A DNA stretch of 64,000 nucleotides from assembly GCF_000142905.1 (NCBI RefSeq), contig NW_013657677.1:124001-188000 (forward strand), in the 5' to 3' direction. The notes under the pieces are model-generated. The model worked only from the letters and a program-made list of their open reading frames with translations. It was not told the DNA's origin and did no database searches. This document shows, piece by piece, positions 60,501 through 64,000 of the stretch. This stretch comes from Thecamonas trahens ATCC 50062. Taxonomy: Eukaryota > Protista > Apusomonadida. The position numbers and the translations under genes are program-made. Numbering within the stretch: position 1 is the stretch's first letter; the number at the start of each line of letters is the position of its first letter.

Positions 60501-60947
60501 CCGTTGTACCCGGCCTTGACATCCTCAATCGTCGCCTTGGCCGCACGCTCGTAGATCTCAGACTGCGGCGACTGGTCATAGAACACGTGGTCAAACTTGT
60601 ACTGCTTCGGCATCTCATCCTTGGACAGCGAGATCGAGATCTGCCCGTCGTCCGAGCAATTCACCGCAGACTTCTTCCCGCCGTCCTCAGCCCTCTCGCG
60701 GTCATTGACTGGCCGGAACCGTACAATGACCTACATCCGCACATCCACACACATGCACCGTTTTCCATCCAGTGTTCCCCATCACTGTGTGAGCTTACTC
60801 CGCTTCCCTGCTCGCCACCTCCCATTCCCCCGCACCTCTCAGCAGCGCTCCCCCCACACGCTCCTGACACGCCTTCTCCCACTCCCTGCCGGCCCTCTTC
60901 CAACCACATACCTTGACCCCTGCCTCTTCTGCCGACCTTGCCGACAT
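57592..60947 (-). CDS. Kinesin-1-like heavy chain; exons 60947-60912 and 60730-57592; two probable frameshifts
   Basis: VK|VIVRFRP; GQTGSGKT; NQESSRSH; DLAGSE; PFRDSQLTRILQDSLVGNTKT; neck AKMLVNVVKVN; long coiled coil. Frames join at ~59852 and ~59552. Confidence 0.88.
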
Positions 60948-61295
60948 GTTTTGACTCTTCTGCTCGCCGCCTCCACACCGTCCACTCTAGGCTCAGCAGA
61001 GTCAGATGTCTGCCCCTCTCCTTCCTTCCTTCCTCTCCTTCCTTGCTCCACGCCCGAGTCGAACACCCGCCGGTTCCGTGTTCGTCTCGTGGAGAGGACC
61101 TTCCCACTGCTCCAAAATTCTCGGGAATGCACGCCAGGCGGCTGCTGCTGCCACCGACACCAACGGTGCTTGCTGCAGGCTCGCAATCAGGATCCTGTCT
61201 CCTCACTCCTGAACTCACCTCTTCTCCACCACACACAAGCTCGCTCGCTCACTCGCTCTCGGTCTCTCTCTCTCTCTCTCGCATTTGTATTGCTC

Positions 61296-61793
61296 ATGGA
61301 GGAGCTCGACGCCGACATGGTGGCTGACTTTAAGGAGGCATTCTCGGTCTTTGACGTCGACAAGGTTGGCTCCATCACCGCCGGCCAGCTCCGCCAGCTC
61401 CTCGCCGCCGCGGGCATGGAGCTTCCGTCCCCGGCTCCTGGCTCTCCGCCAGGCTCGTGCGAACTGCTTGACCTGGTCAACTCGGTGGTCGGCGACATTG
61501 TGGGCGAGCAGGTCTCAGACACAACCCCGCTCACCTTTCCACAGTTTGTTCAGCTCATGGCCAACCTCGTCCCGCCGGGTAAGTCCTTTGAAGACGAGGT
61601 TGATGCCGTCTTTGACACCATGGCCGCTGGCGCCGACGCTGTCTCTGCAGACCATCTGGCTTCCACCGCTGCCCTCATCGGCGATGCTGTTCCCGATATC
61701 GACGAGCTCAACGATGTCGTCGCCGCTGTCGATCCGGCTACAGGCAACGCTGTCTCGCGCGATGCCTTTCGGGCTCTCATGCAACACTCGTGA
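61296..61793 (+). CDS. Calmodulin/light-chain-like EF-hand protein, 165 aa
   Basis: DFKEAFSVFDVDKVGSITAGQLRQLL; LTFPQFVQLM; VDPATGNAVSRDAFRALM. Later EF loops are degenerate. Confidence 0.85.
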   Translation: MEELDADMVADFKEAFSVFDVDKVGSITAGQLRQLLAAAGMELPSPAPGSPPGSCELLDLVNSVVGDIVGEQVSDTTPLTFPQFVQLMANLVPPGKSFEDEVDAVFDTMAAGADAVSADHLASTAALIGDAVPDIDELNDVVAAVDPATGNAVSRDAFRALMQHS

Positions 61794-62161
61794 CCAAACG
61801 GGCCTGAATCCCAAATCATACATTACTCGCCCCGTGTCGTGTCTTGTGCTGCTGCGGGCGAGGTCTCTCTCCCATCCCATATCCTGCTCTGTTGGGCAGA
61901 GTGGCAACGAACTGCTCATCATCGCCAGATCTGGATCACAAACCAGCACCGCCAGCACGATCGCCACGGCAGTCAATAACTACATACAGCTCCATTGTCT
62001 CCTTTTCTTCCCCCCTCCCCCTCCCCGCTCCATCTTTTCCCGCCTCTTTCGCGCCATTTTGTTGATCAGGCACGCAGCCACCTCTCACAACCTTTTGCTC
62101 TTCCTACCCCCTACACTCGACGCTCACCGCCGCCCACCGTCACTTCCAGGCCAGACAGACC

Positions 62162-64000
62162 ATGTCTGTTCGCCACATTACGCCGACGCTGCTGGAAAAG
62201 GCGGCAGGCGTGCCACAGAGCAGATTCAAGACGGTGACCAGCCTCAGCCTCCGCGGAGCCTCGCCGCTCTCGCCAAGCCACCCCAACCGCGCAGCCTCGC
62301 GCCGGCCGTCCATCCGCTACATCGAGAACCTGGAGCCGTTTGTCGCCCTCACCTCGCTTGACCTCTCGCACAATGCCATCGCCAAGCTGAGCGGGCTCAC
62401 CCATCTGCGCTCGCTCACCACCCTCAATCTCGCCGACAACAAGCTCACCTCGCTGTCCGCACTCACGTCGCCGGCGCCGGCCAAGGGCGCCACCACCCTC
62501 CGGCCGCGGGTCTTTTCCGGCGCTGACCTCGCTCAACGCGTCCGGCAACTACATCAAGCGCATCCCGCCATCGATCTCGGCCTTGCCCGCGCTTCAGGTC
62601 CTTCGCCTCGCCCGCAACGACATCGGCTTCCTCCGCGATGTCGAACACATGGCTGGCAATCTCAACCTGGTCAACCTCACCCTCCACTCAAACCCTGTTG
62701 CCGACCTCCCGCACGCTCGCGCCTTTGTCGTCTTTACCCTTCCCGCCCTCGAGGTCCTTGACGGTGACGCCATCGAGCCGGGCGAGCGAGCTGCCGCCGC
62801 CACGCGCTTCTCCAAGACTGAGCTCCAAGTTTTCCAGGACGCGCTGGACTCTCAGGCGTCGGTCAACCACGAGCTGGAAGACGAGAATGCTCGTTTGCAC
62901 GACTCGCTCGAGTCGCTCAAGGCTCGTGCTGCCGAGCTGGAGGCTGCCGTCAACGACTCTCGTTCCGAGGCGCAGTCAGCGGCTGCCGCCGCCGCTGAGA
63001 AGGCTGCCCTCCTCGCCCAGACCACTTCGGAGCTGAACAAGACTTCCGAGCTGCTGTACGAGGTTGAGCAAGAGCTGGCTTTTTACAAGATTGACTCGTC
63101 GTTTTCATCACGTCTTCCCTCCCACCATCCGCCCACCAACGTCTCTGCCATCGCCAGCAAGCCCGGCGGCTCGACTGATGGCTCGGATGGTTCTGGCCCC
63201 GACGCCGACTCGCTCAACATCTCTGCTCTCAACCTTTCCCTTGAGCTGCTCAACCTCCACGACTCGCTGCGGAATCTGGCGGCTTCGTCTGAGCTGCTGG
63301 AAGAGCGCCTTCTCGCGGCCAACACCCAAAAGGCATCCGCTGAAGGCCTTGCCCAGCTCCACTCACAGAGTGCGGCTGCTGCCAGCGAAAAGGTCTCTGC
63401 TCTTCGACGCGAGCTCGCCGAGCTTGACTACCGCTCGTCTGAGATGGATCTTGCTGGCTCGCCGCATCCGCACTCGGGACGCTCCGAGCTTGAGGCTGCC
63501 ATCGCCCACCTCTCTGCCGAGCTCTCAGCTGAGCTGGCCACCGGCGACAAGCTCCAGGCACGCTCAACCCAGCTCAAGGCTGACATTGCCTCACATCGGG
63601 ACTTGCTCCATCTTCGCGGTGAGTCGCCGAGCTCGTCCTCGCCCGAGTCGCAGATCCTTGCCAAACGGCTCGCCGACGCTGAAGCAGCTTACGTCGCCAC
63701 TATTGACGCACTCGAGCTCTGTGTCGCTCGCTCGCGCGAGCTTGAGGATGAGCTTGCCGCTGCAAAGACTGCTCTGACTGCTGATGGCCTGCCTGGACCC
63801 GAGCCGGCCTCCAAGGCGCGCGCCGCCATATTGTCATCGCTTGCCGCTCGTCGCAACGCATTGTGCGCCGCTCTAGATGCTGCTCTTGAAACCAGAGCCA
63901 CGCCGCCGCGTCAGCGACTGTGCACGAGCAAGCACTGGCTCGGCTTCAGCGCGAGACGCTCGAGTACAAAGCCACGCTCGAGGCTCTTGCTGCCGATCGC
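62162..64000 (+). CDS. CNTRL: Centriolin/CEP110-like SDS22-type LRR plus coiled-coil protein, 3'-truncated by the window; two probable frameshifts
   Basis: IRYIENLE...LDLSHNAIAKLSGL. After a shift at ~62485-62516 the frame gives LNASGNYIKRIP...NPV...FVVFTLPALEVLDG and YEVEQELAFYKID (centriolin has YELEQELAFYKID). Second shift at ~63889. Confidence 0.8.

Noticed and set aside
13210-64000. A functional mitotic gene cluster (Sos7, NUF2, kinesin, centriolin, giant rod)
   Set aside because: The genes are interspersed with unrelated housekeeping genes; clustering beyond chance cannot be shown from one window.

Overview
This is GC-rich, gene-dense eukaryotic nuclear DNA with about 26 protein-coding genes, few short GT-AG introns (donors GTACGT/GTATGT) and very short intergenic spacers. 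Gene content and style fit a flagellated protist such as the apusomonad Thecamonas; that is inference, not verified. I found no rRNA, tRNA, CRISPR array or transposase. Conserved genes include SDHAF1-like, UBC9, delta-12 desaturase, TPP1, KCTD9-like, Sos7/Kre28-like, CWC22, PSMA7, SYF2, mitochondrial EF-G2, GDP-mannose 3,5-epimerase, neuferricin, NUF2, AMSH, HtrL-like, a Nudix hydrolase, PSMB5, VPS26, a kinesin-1-like motor, an EF-hand protein and centriolin. The main discovery is a single gene at about 24602-44022 (-), which the ORF track splits into four at single-base shifts. It encodes a protein of about 6,300 aa: N-terminal ankyrin repeats, a rod of about 6,000 aa built from 29-residue units in 313-aa super-repeats, and a C-terminal PRC1/MAP65/Ase1-like microtubule-binding domain. 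E2F-type sites sit in its intron. Also notable are a CAP(PR-1)-stalk-TM-2xSH3 receptor-like protein and an atypical-kinase/LRR protein. About 11 single-base frameshifts at short homopolymers are most likely assembly errors. All family calls come from motif recognition by eye, with no database search.
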